Of a DNA stretch of 64,000 nt, positions 1-12,045 are shown piece by piece (positions within the stretch are counted from its first letter, which is position 1; every line of letters starts with the position of its first letter). This stretch comes from the human T2T-CHM13v2.0 reference genome, Homo sapiens. A program made the translations under genes and the position numbers. The DNA lies in NCBI RefSeq assembly GCF_009914755.1, contig NC_060926.1; one strand, written 5' to 3'. The notes below the pieces were generated by a model that was not told where the DNA came from, did no database searches, and was given only the letters and a program-made list of their open reading frames with translations.

Positions 1-1069
1 AATTTGTATCTCTTTATATAAAAGTGGAAAGTTATTTTAATCAGAAAGAACGTTCAAATATTTGGTCCTATGCTATTAAAACTAAAAACCAGAAAGATAC
101 TCTGGTATCTTTTTTACTTCTTACAATGTATTTTGAAAATAAGATAGCGTTGATTTGGAGAAACATTTATTCCCCATGTTCTTTATTTTCATGTGGAAGA
201 AATGCTAGTGCCTGAGCCACAGACCAAAGTAATTAAAGAAACTCTTTGTTGAGGTCTCTACATATTGTATAGTATCATCTCTACATGTTGTACAGCCAGG
301 AATGAAAATCATGGACCAAAATTAATACTTCTGGCCTTTACCCATCACCATCACTCACTCTGCCATTCACTCATTTTCTACAGTGGGAAGAGATATGTAT
401 TATCTATTTAGTAATCTTTGGAGAAGAAACTAAGCATGTTCAGCTCAGCTGCAGCAAGCTTAGAAGACACCCTGTACTCAATTCCACATGTTCTGGTCTG
501 CTGTCTGTCTTGTGATAAGGGTGCTGCTCCTGGTAGAGAAAATCTACAATTGTCCAGTGTCGTTCTTCGGATGAAATGTTAGCAATCCCACTTGGCCATA
601 GATCAAAGTTGATTTTCAAAACAGCTCTATCAGTGATAAAGGTCATATTTTGGTCTCCATCCACCAGATGCATGCATTTATCACTCTATTGGATCTAGAA
701 GTAAATGGCTACAAGGGCGTTTACTTATATATCACTCCCTTCTCACACAACTGCAAGAGTATAATTTATATTTTACTTTACCTATACAGCAGAAAACTAA
801 GGAAGTGACCAAGGTCACACAGCAAGCAAGGTCTGTGTGCATATTTGGAATAATTATGAGGGTCAGCGTTCATGGTTAAGATGGATAAGTCAAACTAAAG
901 TATAAACAAGAATCAAACTTTAAATTACAGGAAAGATTGTTGCTTATTCAAGAGTAGTTAGTTGCCCATAAGCCACATGCATCTTTTAAACCTACACTAT
1001 CCCCTGAGAATTAGTCAGGACAAATGGTTTGTAGTATCTTGCCATATTTAGGTTCATGAAAACTAAGGT

Positions 1070-1262
1070 CAAACAGGCCTAGTTTGAATTACTGTTCAGT
1101 CATTTGGCAAAGGTGTGACTTTAGGAAAGTCACTAAAACTCTTTAACTTCAGTGGGCTCATCTGTAAAATAATAACTCGCCTTACGTGTTTAACATGAGG
1201 ATTATGTGAGATTATGTTTGTGAACCCTTTGGTACAGTGTTCAGCATGTAGTAATTAATAGA
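1070..1262 (+). mobile_element. MIR SINE (degenerate)
   Basis: MIR core-like 'tgtgactttaggaaagtcactaaaactctttaacttcagtgggctcatctgtaaaat' and 3' 'acagtgttcagcatgtagtaa'; boundaries approximate. Confidence 0.6.
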
Positions 1263-1439
1263 TGAGTTTGTAAATGAAGACCTGACACAGAAAATCAGGT
1301 AATATATTTAACATAACAAAGCTACAGAGTGGCAGAACGGATCTAATATATTCATTGTTTTTCATCTTTAATATCATATCCACTTTCATTTCCATGAATT
1401 TCTATCAAACTAGTTCTCAGGAACTTAAATTGGGACTTC

Positions 1440-1780
1440 CCACCTCGCTTCCTTTGCACATTCAAGTCTGTGCCCCTGAGATGTCCACATCCAATCTTTC
1501 TGCTCTTTGATGCCATTTATTAGGTCTAGTGCTGTAAGATGTGACCTCCACGAAGCTCTCAGAGATCACCAGGAGTGACTTCCTCTCTCATTAACAAATA
1601 TAACCAGCATCTGTCCAGTGATTCTTATCAGGGGAGATATTTGGTTGAAATGCATGATGCACATGTCTCAGTCATCTTGCTGGATTTTATGCTCCTGGGT
1701 AGTGGGATTTGTGTCTTTTGTTTGTTTCATTCATTACCTTATATAGAATAAGCACTTAATAAGTGTTTGCCAAATGAAAA
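1440..1780 (+). mobile_element. L2 LINE 3' fragment (degenerate)
   Basis: L2 3'-end-like 'gctcctgggtagtgggatttgtgtctttt...agcacttaataagtgtttgccaaatgaa'. Confidence 0.4.
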
Positions 1781-2379
1781 ACAGAATTAGTGAACTTGCC
1801 AATGTCCACATAGAAAGCACTGTATTTCTCAAAAAATAAAAAATAAAATAATGAGATTGCAGAAGCAACAACAAAATTAAATACAATTAAAATGTCATAT
1901 AATGTCATAAAAAGGAAATAATTATTTAGGATGAAAACGTATTGGCATGAAGCAACTTCTTCCCTGTGTGATGCTTCTATGATATTTGGGTTTCAATTAT
2001 ATGATTCCTTCAACTCATTTATGGAGAGATTTATACTGAGCAAATAATAATTGGGGTCCAGCTAAGAGTTGAGAGAAGCTTGGTTTCCTCATACTACAAC
2101 GAATCTTCAGACCAAACCCCAAGAAGCTGCCGGTATGTTTTGGAGTCATCACACAGAAACTTCTTGAAAAATAATTTACATTTTGGTGAAGATAAGAAAA
2201 AATTATTACTGTCCTGATTAAAAGACGAACTAGGGCTAGATACTAATTCTTTTGGTGCCCTAGGACATGGATTTTTCCATTATCCATTGCAGTACAAGTG
2301 CAGCTGCCTCACACAAATCTCATTTACTGCACATGCACCCATCTATGGCTGCTACAATGCCCAGCAAGGCACTTTTTCT

Positions 2380-2649
2380 ACAACAGGGCCACCGTATTCA
2401 GAAATGGGAGGAAAGGAAGTCTGTAGCCAATGTCTGGATGTTTGGATAAAAGCCCCATCCTTTTGCCTTGAGGTGAAACTACTGTGGTGCCATTGATGCT
2501 ACAAAGTTCCTTGTGAGCATGTGTTGAACCTCGATTTCAGCCAAATCACATCTTTGCTTGGCCTCTTTGCCTGCCTTATTCTGTGCCCTCACTGTATCAC
2601 AGGTTTTCTCCTGAGAACACTTCTTCAGCAAATCACTTCCACAGAATCA
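2380..2649 (+). mobile_element. ERVL LTR, LTR16-like
   Basis: 'cacatctttgcttggcctctttgcctgcc...caggttttctcctgagaacacttcttcagcaaatcacttccacagaatc' resembles the LTR16 3' half. Confidence 0.5.
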
Positions 2650-2689
2650 AAGTGGAAGAGCCTGAGCCTGCCTATATAAAAGTCATATT

Positions 2690-2926
2690 ACAATGAGAAC
2701 ACATGGACACAGGAAGGGGAACATCACACACAGGGGACTGTTGTGGGGTGGGGGGAGGGAGGAGGGATAGCATTAGGAGATATACCTAATGCTAAATGAC
2801 GAGTTAATGGGTGCAGCACACCAACATGGCACGTGTATACATATGTAACAAACCTGCACGTTGTGTACATGTACCCTAAAACTTAAAGTATAATAATAAA
2901 AAAACAAAAAACAAAATACAAAAAAA
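2690..2926 (+). mobile_element. L1PA (L1PA4-like) 3' UTR fragment with A-rich tail
   Basis: 'caatgagaacacatggacacaggaagggg...gctaaatgacgagttaatgggtgcagcacaccaacatggc...ccctaaaacttaaagtataataataaa' followed by A-tail; no clean TSD seen. Confidence 0.93.
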
Positions 2927-3399
2927 GATATCTATTCTGGCTTTTTCTTTTAAACAGTTCCTTATTTTTTATTTTATGTTTCAAAATTTCTCATCCTGAA
3001 AGCAGTGGTGATTTTAGCCTAATCACTGAACTGGGTATAAACAAAAATAAAAAATATATTCTTTACACAAGCATGCAGATTAAAAGCTTTTAGAGAAAAA
3101 TCAAGGGACAAAAAATTAAATCATTTTATTTTTTCTTATGAAAAAATAATAATGGATACTTCCTATGAAAATATATAAATACAGAATGTTATGTTAAAAC
3201 ACAACTGTTACAAATACTATTTTACTGTAGATATTGTTCTATATTTTGTTATCTTTTTAAGTAGCTTTCATTAGATTTAAATTATACTACATACCAATTT
3301 TACATTTAGCTTTTAGTTCTTAAAAATTAGTGTGATGACTTTGAATATATTGACTGTTTACTCCCTGTAACTTTAAACTGCTATACCATCACTGTTCTC

Positions 3400-4250
3400 A
3401 CTTCCTTTCTGTGACAAAGGAAGCAAGTTGCTCTATCCTATCAAAGACCAATATTTCTACATGTGGTCTAAGGCTCATTCCTTCTTACCTTCTTAGAGAC
3501 TACACTCATCTCTTGTTTTCTACTCCACCTTTATTTGCTAATGACATACGATATTTCCCCTCTATGGGGAAAATGATGCAAAACAAATTCTTCCTTGCTC
3601 CAAAGGTTGCTCTGGCTACTTTCCTTTTTCTCTACTCATTTCATTTGACTTGGTTAATTTTTCCTTCACATTCTCTACTCCTAGTTTCATTAATGAAACA
3701 TATCATTGTTTTCCCTCCTAAATATTTGATCACCGTTTAAAAAATGATTTGGTTCTTCCTCCTACTAATACCTTCTACATGTATATTTCTGTTGCAGCCG
3801 ACATTTCTAGGCACCAGACCCAAATATTCATTCTTTTATTGGCATCTTCCTTTAGATGCTTCATCCACACCCAAATATGATCCATCCACACTGCAACCTC
3901 TTCCGCCACACTTGAAGGATGGCCCCCATCCAGTGGGATGGAGACGATAACATCTAATGTGTGTGCTTAATTCTCTCTGCACATTCAGCCATCTTTTCAA
4001 TAGAATGTCTTGGCAATACTGGTCTGCTCTGCCCTCCCATTTGCAATGCTCTTGACCCTTCTATTACACCAGGTGCTCAAGTCGGAAGCATGGGGAAATC
4101 CTTGCCTTCTGCCTCTAATTCTAATCCACCAGTGAGTTCGATCATTTTTGTTTCCAAAATATGTCTTAAAGTTGTCCACTTTTTAAAATCACCACTACCA
4201 GCTTCTCTATCTCAGTCTTGCATCCCATCTTGTTTGGTTGATAGTAGTAA
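3400..4250 (+). mobile_element. L2 LINE fragments (degenerate)
   Basis: Pyrimidine-rich L2-like blocks such as 'ctacatgtggtctaaggctcattccttcttacc' and 'taatccaccagtgagttcgatcatttttgtttccaaaatat'. Confidence 0.4.
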
Positions 4251-4649
4251 TTTCTTCATTTTATGAACATGGAAGCCAATTTTAAACAGCTAATAAGTGG
4301 AAGATGGTGGATTTAAATCCAAATTAATTTTTATAATTTTCCAACAATTAAAATCTCTCTATAGCAAACAAATTTCAAATAAAAAAAAAACTTTTGATCA
4401 AATGAAATAAAGTGCTTTTAGTAATGAATAAAAAGTAAAACCTACCAAGCTCTCTAGATATATTTAAATCATCTAAACAATTTCAATAAATAACTTACAA
4501 ATATTTGCCCTCAAATGCTCAAGTCAAGACATTGTCTATAACAGACCATATAACAAGGATGGTTGAAAGAAAGTGGATTGATTGCATCCTCAGCAGTTCT
4601 TCATTAAATTGCTTTTGTGCCTTTTTCATTTAGATGTTCTTAAAGCCCT

Positions 4650-5002
4650 TGTTATGGACTAAAGGTTTGTGTCCCTCTAAACTTCCTATACTGAGATCCT
4701 AACCCCAATGTGATGTTATTAGAAGGTGGGGCCTCTGAGAATTAATTAAGTCATAAGGATGGAGCCCTTATGAGTGGGATTAGTGCTCTTATAAAAGAAA
4801 CTCCAGAGAGGCTCTAGCTCTCTTTCTGTCAGATGAGGATTTGAGGAGCTGGAAATCTGCCACCCAAAAGACAGTCATCATCAGAACCCAACCATGCCGG
4901 CACCGTGATCTTACACTTCCAGTCTTCAGAACTGTGAGAGCTAAATGTGTGTTGTTTAAGTCACTAGTCTATGCTAATTTGTTATAGAAGCCTGAACTTA
5001 CT
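4650..5002 (+). mobile_element. ERVL-MaLR solo LTR (MLT1A-like)
   Basis: Starts 'tgttatggactaaaggtttgtgtccc'; contains 'ggtggggcct', 'gggattagtgctcttataaaaga', 'cttccagtcttcagaactgtgaga', 'gtttaagtcactagtctatg'. Confidence 0.78.
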
Positions 5003-5152
5003 TTATACTTTATATATACTTTATATGTATATATACATATACACACACACACACATTTATATATACACACATCTGACTATACATATAGTTATATACATAA
5101 CTACTTATAACTATATACATAAACAATATCTATGTATGTATACACATATATA
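5003..5152. repeat. Degenerate (TA)n/(CA)n low-complexity tract
   Basis: Directly visible dinucleotide repeats. Confidence 0.85.
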
Positions 5153-5561
5153 ACTGACTAGCTTTTAATAAATGTATAAATACTTTATACTTGACTAATT
5201 TTTCTGAATCAAGGGAGGCAACAAATGTATTTTGAGTTTCAGAGAAATAGTTAAATGAGATACAATATGGAAAATTCTAACTTTAATTCATCTCTTTCCT
5301 GTGTTTTAAGTGCTATTTATGCCTAAAATTTATTCTCATTTTCCAATAACTCCTTGAGCCATTGACTCACTCTTATCACCTGCAGGTCATTTTTCTTTTT
5401 CTTTTTGGGTCTAGTTTATCAATCATTCAATAAGATTTTATTCTTAGAAACTTGATTATCATTATTAATCTTTCTATCAATTCATTTGTATATTGGTTGG
5501 AGATGGGGCCCATAACTAATATTTTTGCATCCCAGGTTGTTCTAAACAGAGCATTTTCATC

Positions 5562-5866
5562 TTTTTTTTTTTTTTTTTTGAGACGGAGTTTCACTGTTGT
5601 CACCCAGGCTGGAGAGCAACGGCACGATCTTGGCTCACTGCAACCTCCGCCTCCCAGTTCAAGCAATTCTCTTGCCTCAGCCTCCCAAGTAGCTGGGATA
5701 ACAGGTGCCTGCCACCACACCCAGCTAAATTTTTTTTTGTATTTTTAGTAGAAACGGGGTTTTGCCATGTTGGCCAGGCTGGTCTCGAACTCCTGACCTC
5801 AGGTGATCTGCCCACCTCGGCTTCCCAAAGTGCTTGGATTACAGACGTGAGCCACCGCACCCAGCC
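5562..5866 (-). mobile_element. AluS (Sq/Sx-like), full length
   Basis: Poly-T then antisense Alu; 14-bp TSD aacagagcattttc at 5545-5558 and 5867-5880. Confidence 0.97.
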
Positions 5867-6250
5867 AACAGAGCATTTTCTTTTAAACTAGGAATATTAG
5901 CACATTGAACTATTCATCCAGTCAGCTGGCCATGCATTCTTTCATTAAAAATATGGTTGACTGTCATGTGATAGTGTACTAATTGCTACAAATATATACT
6001 CTACATGCACACACAATACAAAATTTGTAAATGCATACAAAGCAAACAGAATATGTGGGCTCACTGAAGTTATGGAAAAAATAATATATACATAAACTGT
6101 ACTTAGCCTAATAAGTGTTATGTGGAGGAATTAAAGGATACTATGGCAGTGTGTAGCAGATACATTCCTAATGTAGTATGGAACAAGTAATGTTCCTAAA
6201 ATGCTTTCTAAAGGAAGTTCTCTTTGTTATGCTACTGAGTTTAATCAATA

Positions 6251-6296
6251 TTAGGTTGGTGTGAAATTAACTGCAATTAATTTTGCACCAATCTAA
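6251..6296. mobile_element. MADE1 (Hsmar1-derived MITE), internally deleted
   Basis: Terminal inverted repeats 'ttaggttggtg...caccaatctaa' flanked by TA at 6249-6250 and 6297-6298. Confidence 0.85.
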
Positions 6297-6394
6297 TACG
6301 TTTGACTTAATATAATTATAGCAAACTTTCTATCTGGAAAATAGAAACTACAGCATTTCTAGCACTGTAAGTTTTTAAAAACATGATTATGTAA

Positions 6395-7020
6395 GAGAGC
6401 AAAGTCTCAGTAAACTTTCAAATGTACACATAGGACATATTCTTTGAACTCCCACAAACAGAAATGAGTAATACCAGTTTAAATTCATGATTAAAAAAAC
6501 ACCCGAAGTGTTTCTTTCAAAACACACTCCTAGATAACTTCTCAATCAGAAAAGAAACAAAATCTTAAATAAGGCTAATAAATCAAAAATAACAAGAACA
6601 CAGTATATGGAAATTTATAAAATGTCATCAAAGGCCTAATCTGATGACTACATAAAAACTGTCTCAATAAAAAATAAAAATTCTTAATATTTGTTTCTCA
6701 AACTTTATTTAAAAATATATATAAGGTAGAAGGCAATATAAAAGTGTAATTTGAAATTAATTAAAAACAAAAAAGCAGTATTTGACAAGTTTCCTTAGGA
6801 TAAAAGTCACTAATACCAATTAAAATTTTAAATTAAAACTCTATTTATAAATATTAAAAAGATTACCATTATAAGAAACACTATATATGCTAAATTAAAG
6901 AATATGTAAAAAATGAAAATTTTTCTAAATAACATGCAATTTGTCTTAGCTGACTTAGAAAGAAGTAAAAAATATGAATAAATAAATTATCATATGGAAG
7001 ATTTGTTGAGAAAATTTTGA
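6395..7020 (+). mobile_element. Old L1M ORF2 fragment (degenerate)
   Basis: A-rich L1-like blocks 'aaagtctcagtaaactttc', 'cactcctagataact', 'atatggaaatttataaaatg', 'gaagtaaaaaatatgaata'. Confidence 0.45.
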
Positions 7021-7028
7021 GACAAGAT

Positions 7029-7137
7029 TTTTTGTTTTTAAATTTTTAGTACTGGAGTACATGTTCAAGGTGTGCTGGCTTGTTACATAGATAAACCTAA
7101 CTTAGGTAAACATAACTTTTTCTGATTCTCTGCCACC
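7029..7137 (-). mobile_element. Older L1PA 3'-end fragment
   Basis: T-rich tail then 'ggagtacatgttcaaggtgtgctggcttgttacatagataaac', resembling antisense L1PA 3' end. Confidence 0.45.
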
Positions 7138-7169
7138 TGGAACTATAATCACAATATAGCTCCACCCCT

Positions 7170-8220
7170 AAACTTTACAGGACAAGGATAATAATACAAA
7201 TAAAGGTCTGCATACTGTACATTTAAACACTGAAAAGGTCAGAATAAAGACATCCAACTAGTAAATAAGACATAGTATACCTCCCACCCACAATAGATAA
7301 ACTTTCCAAATATATGTATGTAAAGCTACAATTTCACATAACTAAAAATTGGCAAAAAATCAATGACAATTGAATTAAATTTATAATGCTGATTCTGTGT
7401 GTTCGTGGGTTGCCATGCTTGTGAGAATAATAAAATAAAGGCATTCTGTTTAAAACCTACATTTTTAATTCCATATATTTATGAATCTTTCCTCAATTTC
7501 AGCAAAATAAAGAGCTACATTGTTTGAATCAAGATTTTTGCTATACATGCATTTTATTGACCAGAATGTTAACTTAGGCAAACTTTCTTGTCTCAGTTTA
7601 GTTTGTTATTTTTGAATTTTACCATAATGAGCAATTATATTATTGCTAATTTTTACTTTCTCATGAAACAACATCGGGTACTTCCTAATTTAAAAAAAAA
7701 TTAGTATGGCATACTATCTAAAGAAATAAAGAAAAAAATTGAAAATAGCAGTGTGATAGTTGACTGAATCACTCTTCTTTTGAAATTGAGAAAAATAATT
7801 TTTCTAAAAAATGTAAAAATAATTTTAACCTTTTTTAAAGTAACCACACTAAACCTATTTTTTTGGTAAATAATTTGGTAAAAATTCCAAATAACTGTAG
7901 ACTGCACAATTTCCAAATTAATTTAATTTTCTCCCCAAAACAATTTGCTTCTAGTAGTTTTGTATCTTATCTACATTAAATCAAATTGTTTTTACTGAAT
8001 TTGGATGGCATTAGTATTGTGTGTCCAGATGTGATCTTAAGTTGAAATTTACTGTGTGCTTCATAAGATATTTCACATTTGGGTAGATTCAGAAAGCATC
8101 ATGTACAATATTAGAATTTTTCGAAAGAATATCACTATTAGCACAGTAGCACAAACTATAAGCCGTGCATGGAAAAGAGAAGTCTTCTGATTTTCAGTCA
8201 AATTTCTGGCAGGTGCATTT
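7170..8220. mobile_element. Possible hAT-Tip100 (Zaphod/MER115-like) DNA transposon relic
   Basis: 'caaggataataatacaaataaaggtctgcatac...' resembles the remembered Zaphod/MER115 terminus; AT-rich body. Confidence 0.3.
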
Positions 8221-8242
8221 TTTTTTCTTGTCTTTGACAATA

Positions 8243-8622
8243 AGTCATATGCTGCATAAGGACGTTTCTGTCAAGGAAAAATCACATATCTAATGGTGGT
8301 CCCGTAAGATTATAATAGAACTGAAAAATGTCTACTGCTTAGTGACATAGCCATTGTGCCTTTGTGATTCAATGCATTACCTTTGTAATGCTTGGATACG
8401 CAAGTACTTACAATTTTATTACAATTGCCTACAGTATTTAATACAGTAACAGGCTGTACAGGTTTGCAGCATAGGAGCAATAGGCTAGACCATATAGTCT
8501 AGGTGTGTAGCAGGCCATGCCAACTATGATTGTTTAAGAATACCATATGATGTTTGCACAACAAAATCACCAAACAAAGCATTTCTCAGACAATAGTCCA
8601 GGTGTTAAGAAATGCATGACTG
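8243..8622 (+). mobile_element. Tigger3 (MER7)-family DNA transposon
   Basis: TIR-like 'agtcatatgctgcataaggacgtttc' and 'gttaagaaatgcatgactg' plus TA; internal 'ggtggtcccgtaagattataat' and 'acaattgcctacagtatt'. Confidence 0.8.
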
Positions 8623-8805
8623 TATTTAAATTATCTAAATATAGCTAACATTTAAATTTTATTGTTGAAAAAATTTAAATATTGTTAAATACATTTTATG
8701 AAATAAAGTAATTCACAATTCTTGTATTTAAGAATCCATCTAGTTGTCTGTATAAAAATTGATATGCCTTGCTCTTTTTTTTTTTAACATTATAAAATAT
8801 TTTTC

Positions 8806-9065
8806 GGCCGGGTGTAGTGGCTCACGCCTGTAATCCCAGCACTTTGGGAAGCCGAGGCGGGCAGATCACCTGAGATCAGGAGTTCGAGACCAGCCTGGCC
8901 AACATGGTGAAACCCCGTCTCTACAAAAAATACAAAAATTAGCCGGGCATGGTGGCACATGCTTGTAATCTCAGTTACTCAGGCAAGAGAATCGCTTGAA
9001 GCCAGGAGGCGGGCATTGCACTCCGGCCTGGGCAATAAGAGTGAAACTCCATCTCAGGAAAAAAA
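8806..9065 (+). mobile_element. AluS with right-arm deletions
   Basis: 'ggccgggtgtagtggctcacgcctgtaatcccagc...'; right arm shortened; partial TSD atatttttc. Confidence 0.95.
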
Positions 9066-9379
9066 TATATATTTTTCAGTCACCATGTGCAACTGCTGCA
9101 CACTTTTAGGACACACTGACCTGCGTTTATATCCGGATCACACAGAGAGGCAACAAAATGGAGACTCATCCCTTTTGGGAAGTGACTATGTCAGAAAGCT
9201 TATGCTTTCTAAGAGAAAGGAATTTAACGGGTTAATTTACTTCTCTTTCAGCTGTTACTTGCAGTTTCATAGTTCTGAAATAGACAATGGCATCACCCAT
9301 ACATCTTCCAGTATTCAGTTATAGTCATCTTTTGCTTTGATGGTTATTGAGAAACATAACGGAATGCTTCCCTGGGGCC

Positions 9380-10160
9380 GAGTGATGCTTGTGTCATAAG
9401 GGCCTTCTTGCCCAGGTCTTGGAGTTGTGCTGAAGAGAGGAGCCAGTCTAAGAAAATATGACTATATCTTGAGTATGGCAGAGAAGAAAATAAAGAAAAC
9501 TGGGTCTTTGATGATGTCATCAATCTTCTGAAATAAATACCTCTAGAACACACCTATCTTCACAACTCTTATGTGAGAAAGCAAAAGTCCATTTGATTTA
9601 GGCCTTTTTAATTGGTGTATCAGTTAGGATTTGATGACAGAAACCACTCTATGTATTTCAGGTGTGAAGCATTTAATATGGGAATTATGAACACACTTCG
9701 ACATGTGAAAGAATGGAGATCCAGAAAGCCACCACTGAACATCTCAACTTGTAAAGCTGAAGTGGGAGTTTCCTCAGATTCACATGGAAGATGCTACAAT
9801 TCTCAAAAATCTCTAGAAGTTTCTATCAAGTACTCAAACATCAACAGAAAATCATGATATTCTTAAGAGCTTGCTGGTAAGTTACTGTGAATCTCCTGTC
9901 TCATCTGGCTACAACTGCCTCCAGAGGAAAAAAAAGATGTCTTTCTCTTAAGCCTTATAAATCTTGCAAAACACCTCTTATTAGCAGACTCTGACCCCTA
10001 ACCTATGGGTAACAGGACCTGGGTAACATGAGCAGGATCCTGCTCTTCTGTATCTACAGAAGAGGGAAGATGGGGGCTGTGATGACACCAAGTTACCACA
10101 GACAATAACCCAATATCATATTTGGGTTTTCTTTCACTTACAGCTAAAGGTACTCACATC
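9380..10160. mobile_element. Old MaLR LTR (MLT1J-like) interrupted by a second LTR-like insertion (~9616-10110)
   Basis: 'aaactgggtctttgatgatgtcatc...ttatgtgaga' appears to resume at 'tttgggttttctttcacttacagctaaagg'; the insert begins 'tgtatcagttagg'. Confidence 0.4.
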
Positions 10161-11042
10161 ACAGCACTAGATGCATTTATATTAAAAGAAAAAAAAAACA
10201 AGGAAATTTATTTTGTAAGAATGTCAATTATAACATAGTTATAAGATAAAAATATTGAAATATTCATGGTGTTTTCTTTAAGATGCTGAAGTTATTAAAA
10301 TATTTGATAGTCTCTGATGCAAAAGATCCCTTGATATATCATTAATTTTAAAACAGAGGATTTAGAACAGTGAATTCAACAATATCCCTTTGGTTTCATG
10401 TATTTACTATATAAGAATCCATTTTTTTGAATTATTTAAAATAAACATATCTATATAATTTAAGAGGTTGATTGGTGAGGGGAATTAAAATTTTCTCCCA
10501 TTGTATTTGCTATAATGACATGCCACTAAAATATATTTAGATTGACTCATAATTTAAAATTCTTAATAAATTATTAACATTATAAATATTTATAGATTTT
10601 TCTTTGGCACTGTTTCATAGAAATATGCAACAAGTGATTTCTGGAGGGATGATTTATAGAGAATTTTAAAACCTAAGCACTTATAGCTTGAATAAACAAG
10701 ACCATTACACGTATATTTAATAAACTTTAACAAGTAGGAAAACTTATCACCTACTACAAAGAACTATCTTTGAAACTAAAGTCAATAGTTTATTCAAAAT
10801 TTATCAAATACCTTTACTGCACTGTATCTGTATGCAAGTAAAGTTGTAAATATGTATAATGGTAAATATTTGTCTTTAAGCTAACATGATAAAGATATAT
10901 TATGTAGATATATAAAATCATGAAACCATGGCAGTCAAATTGCAAACTAAACAAATTCTAAAATATAAGCATTAATAATGTAGAGTGGTAATACAAAAAA
11001 TAAGATTATCTGTGATTCTAATTTTTTAATTTCTAGGGTAGG

Positions 11043-11160
11043 AGTATGACCACATAATTAATCATCCATATAGAATGTGAAATTCTGTTTTGAGAGGATA
11101 GGGGGTGCTATTAATTATGATGAGTCCCAAGGTTCAAACAAGGGTGTGTGGTCACTGTAC
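11043..11160 (+). mobile_element. MER81 (hAT-Blackjack) relic
   Basis: 'tgaccacataattaatcatcca...ttttgagaggatagggggtgctattaatt...tgtggtcactgta'. Confidence 0.6.
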
Positions 11161-11449
11161 AGAAGGAAAAGGCTTCATAGAAGAGGTAGTATTTAAAACG
11201 GATCTTGAAGATTGAATCTACACAGAGAAAGGTCCGTATGTGTAAGTAAGCTATTAATCTTTCCTGACAAGAAGAAACTAATCCTTCTCATTATTGCCCT
11301 CCAATGATCCAATTAAAACCCAAATATATTACCTTGGAAGAAGAAGATGTTTAACATTTATTAGTACATTAGAAATAATGGTATATTTGTTTGGTTATTG
11401 TCATTTAATAAGACGGTGGAAGTGAAGAGAAATTTATATGCTTTTTTCC

Positions 11450-11627
11450 TTTTTGAATTTACTTTCTTAGTTTGGCACAATAATTGTACAAATTCATGGA
11501 ATGCAGAGTGATGTTGCAAGATATAGGTTAGTGATAAGATCAGGGTAATAGGCATATCTATCTATTCTTAAACATTTATCATTTATTCACGTTGAGTACA
11601 TTCAGTATTCTTCTAGTTATTTGAAAT
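11450..11627 (-). mobile_element. L1MA 3'-end fragment
   Basis: 'cacaataattgtacaaattcatgg...gatcagggtaataggcatatc...cttctagttatttgaaat'. Confidence 0.7.
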
Positions 11628-11729
11628 GACTCAGAAACTAAAGGGCACTATGAGAACATTGAATATCATAGGACATCAAAATAGGACCCAGAAGTAAACA
11701 AAAGAAAAAATTACTATTTAATAACTTTA

Positions 11730-12045
11730 GGCAGTTCACCATGGCTCATGCCTGTAATCCCATGTAATCCCAGCACTGTGGGAGGTGGAGGGCAGCAGAT
11801 CACTTAAGGTCAGGAGTTCAAGATCCTCCTGGCCAATATGGCGAAACCTCACCTTTACTAAAAATACAAAAATTAGCCGGGTATGGTAGCAGGCACCTGT
11901 ATTCCCAGCTTAGTAGGCTGAGGCAGGAGAATCCTTTAAATCCAGGAGGTGGAGGTTGAAGTGAGCTGAGAACGTGCCACTGCAATCCAGTTTGGATGAC
12001 ACAGTGAGATCCTTTCTCAAATAATAAATTAAATAAAATAAAAAA
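11730..12045 (+). mobile_element. AluS (diverged), with internal tandem duplication of tgtaatccca
   Basis: Alu left and right arms plus A-tail; short TSD-like aacttta. Confidence 0.93.

Noticed and set aside
440-673. 77-aa minus-strand ORF with protein-like composition (MHLVDGDQNM...)
   Set aside because: No recognisable domain and no convincing flanking exon structure; an ORF this long is expected by chance. A BLASTp hit would reopen it.
2650-2690. 'agagcctgag' after the LTR16-like end, possibly a micro-inversion of the LTR continuation 'ctcaggctct'
   Set aside because: Only ~10 bp and dependent on a remembered consensus; too weak.
3411-4266. Three consecutive plus-strand ORFs (109, 68 and 101 aa)
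   Set aside because: They overlap pyrimidine-rich degenerate L2; the F/L/S/P bias reflects base composition.
5427-5860. Alu-derived ORFs (also at 21485, 23053-23497, 32191, 33292, 48963, 58438 and 60470)
   Set aside because: Typical translations of Alu sequence, not genes.
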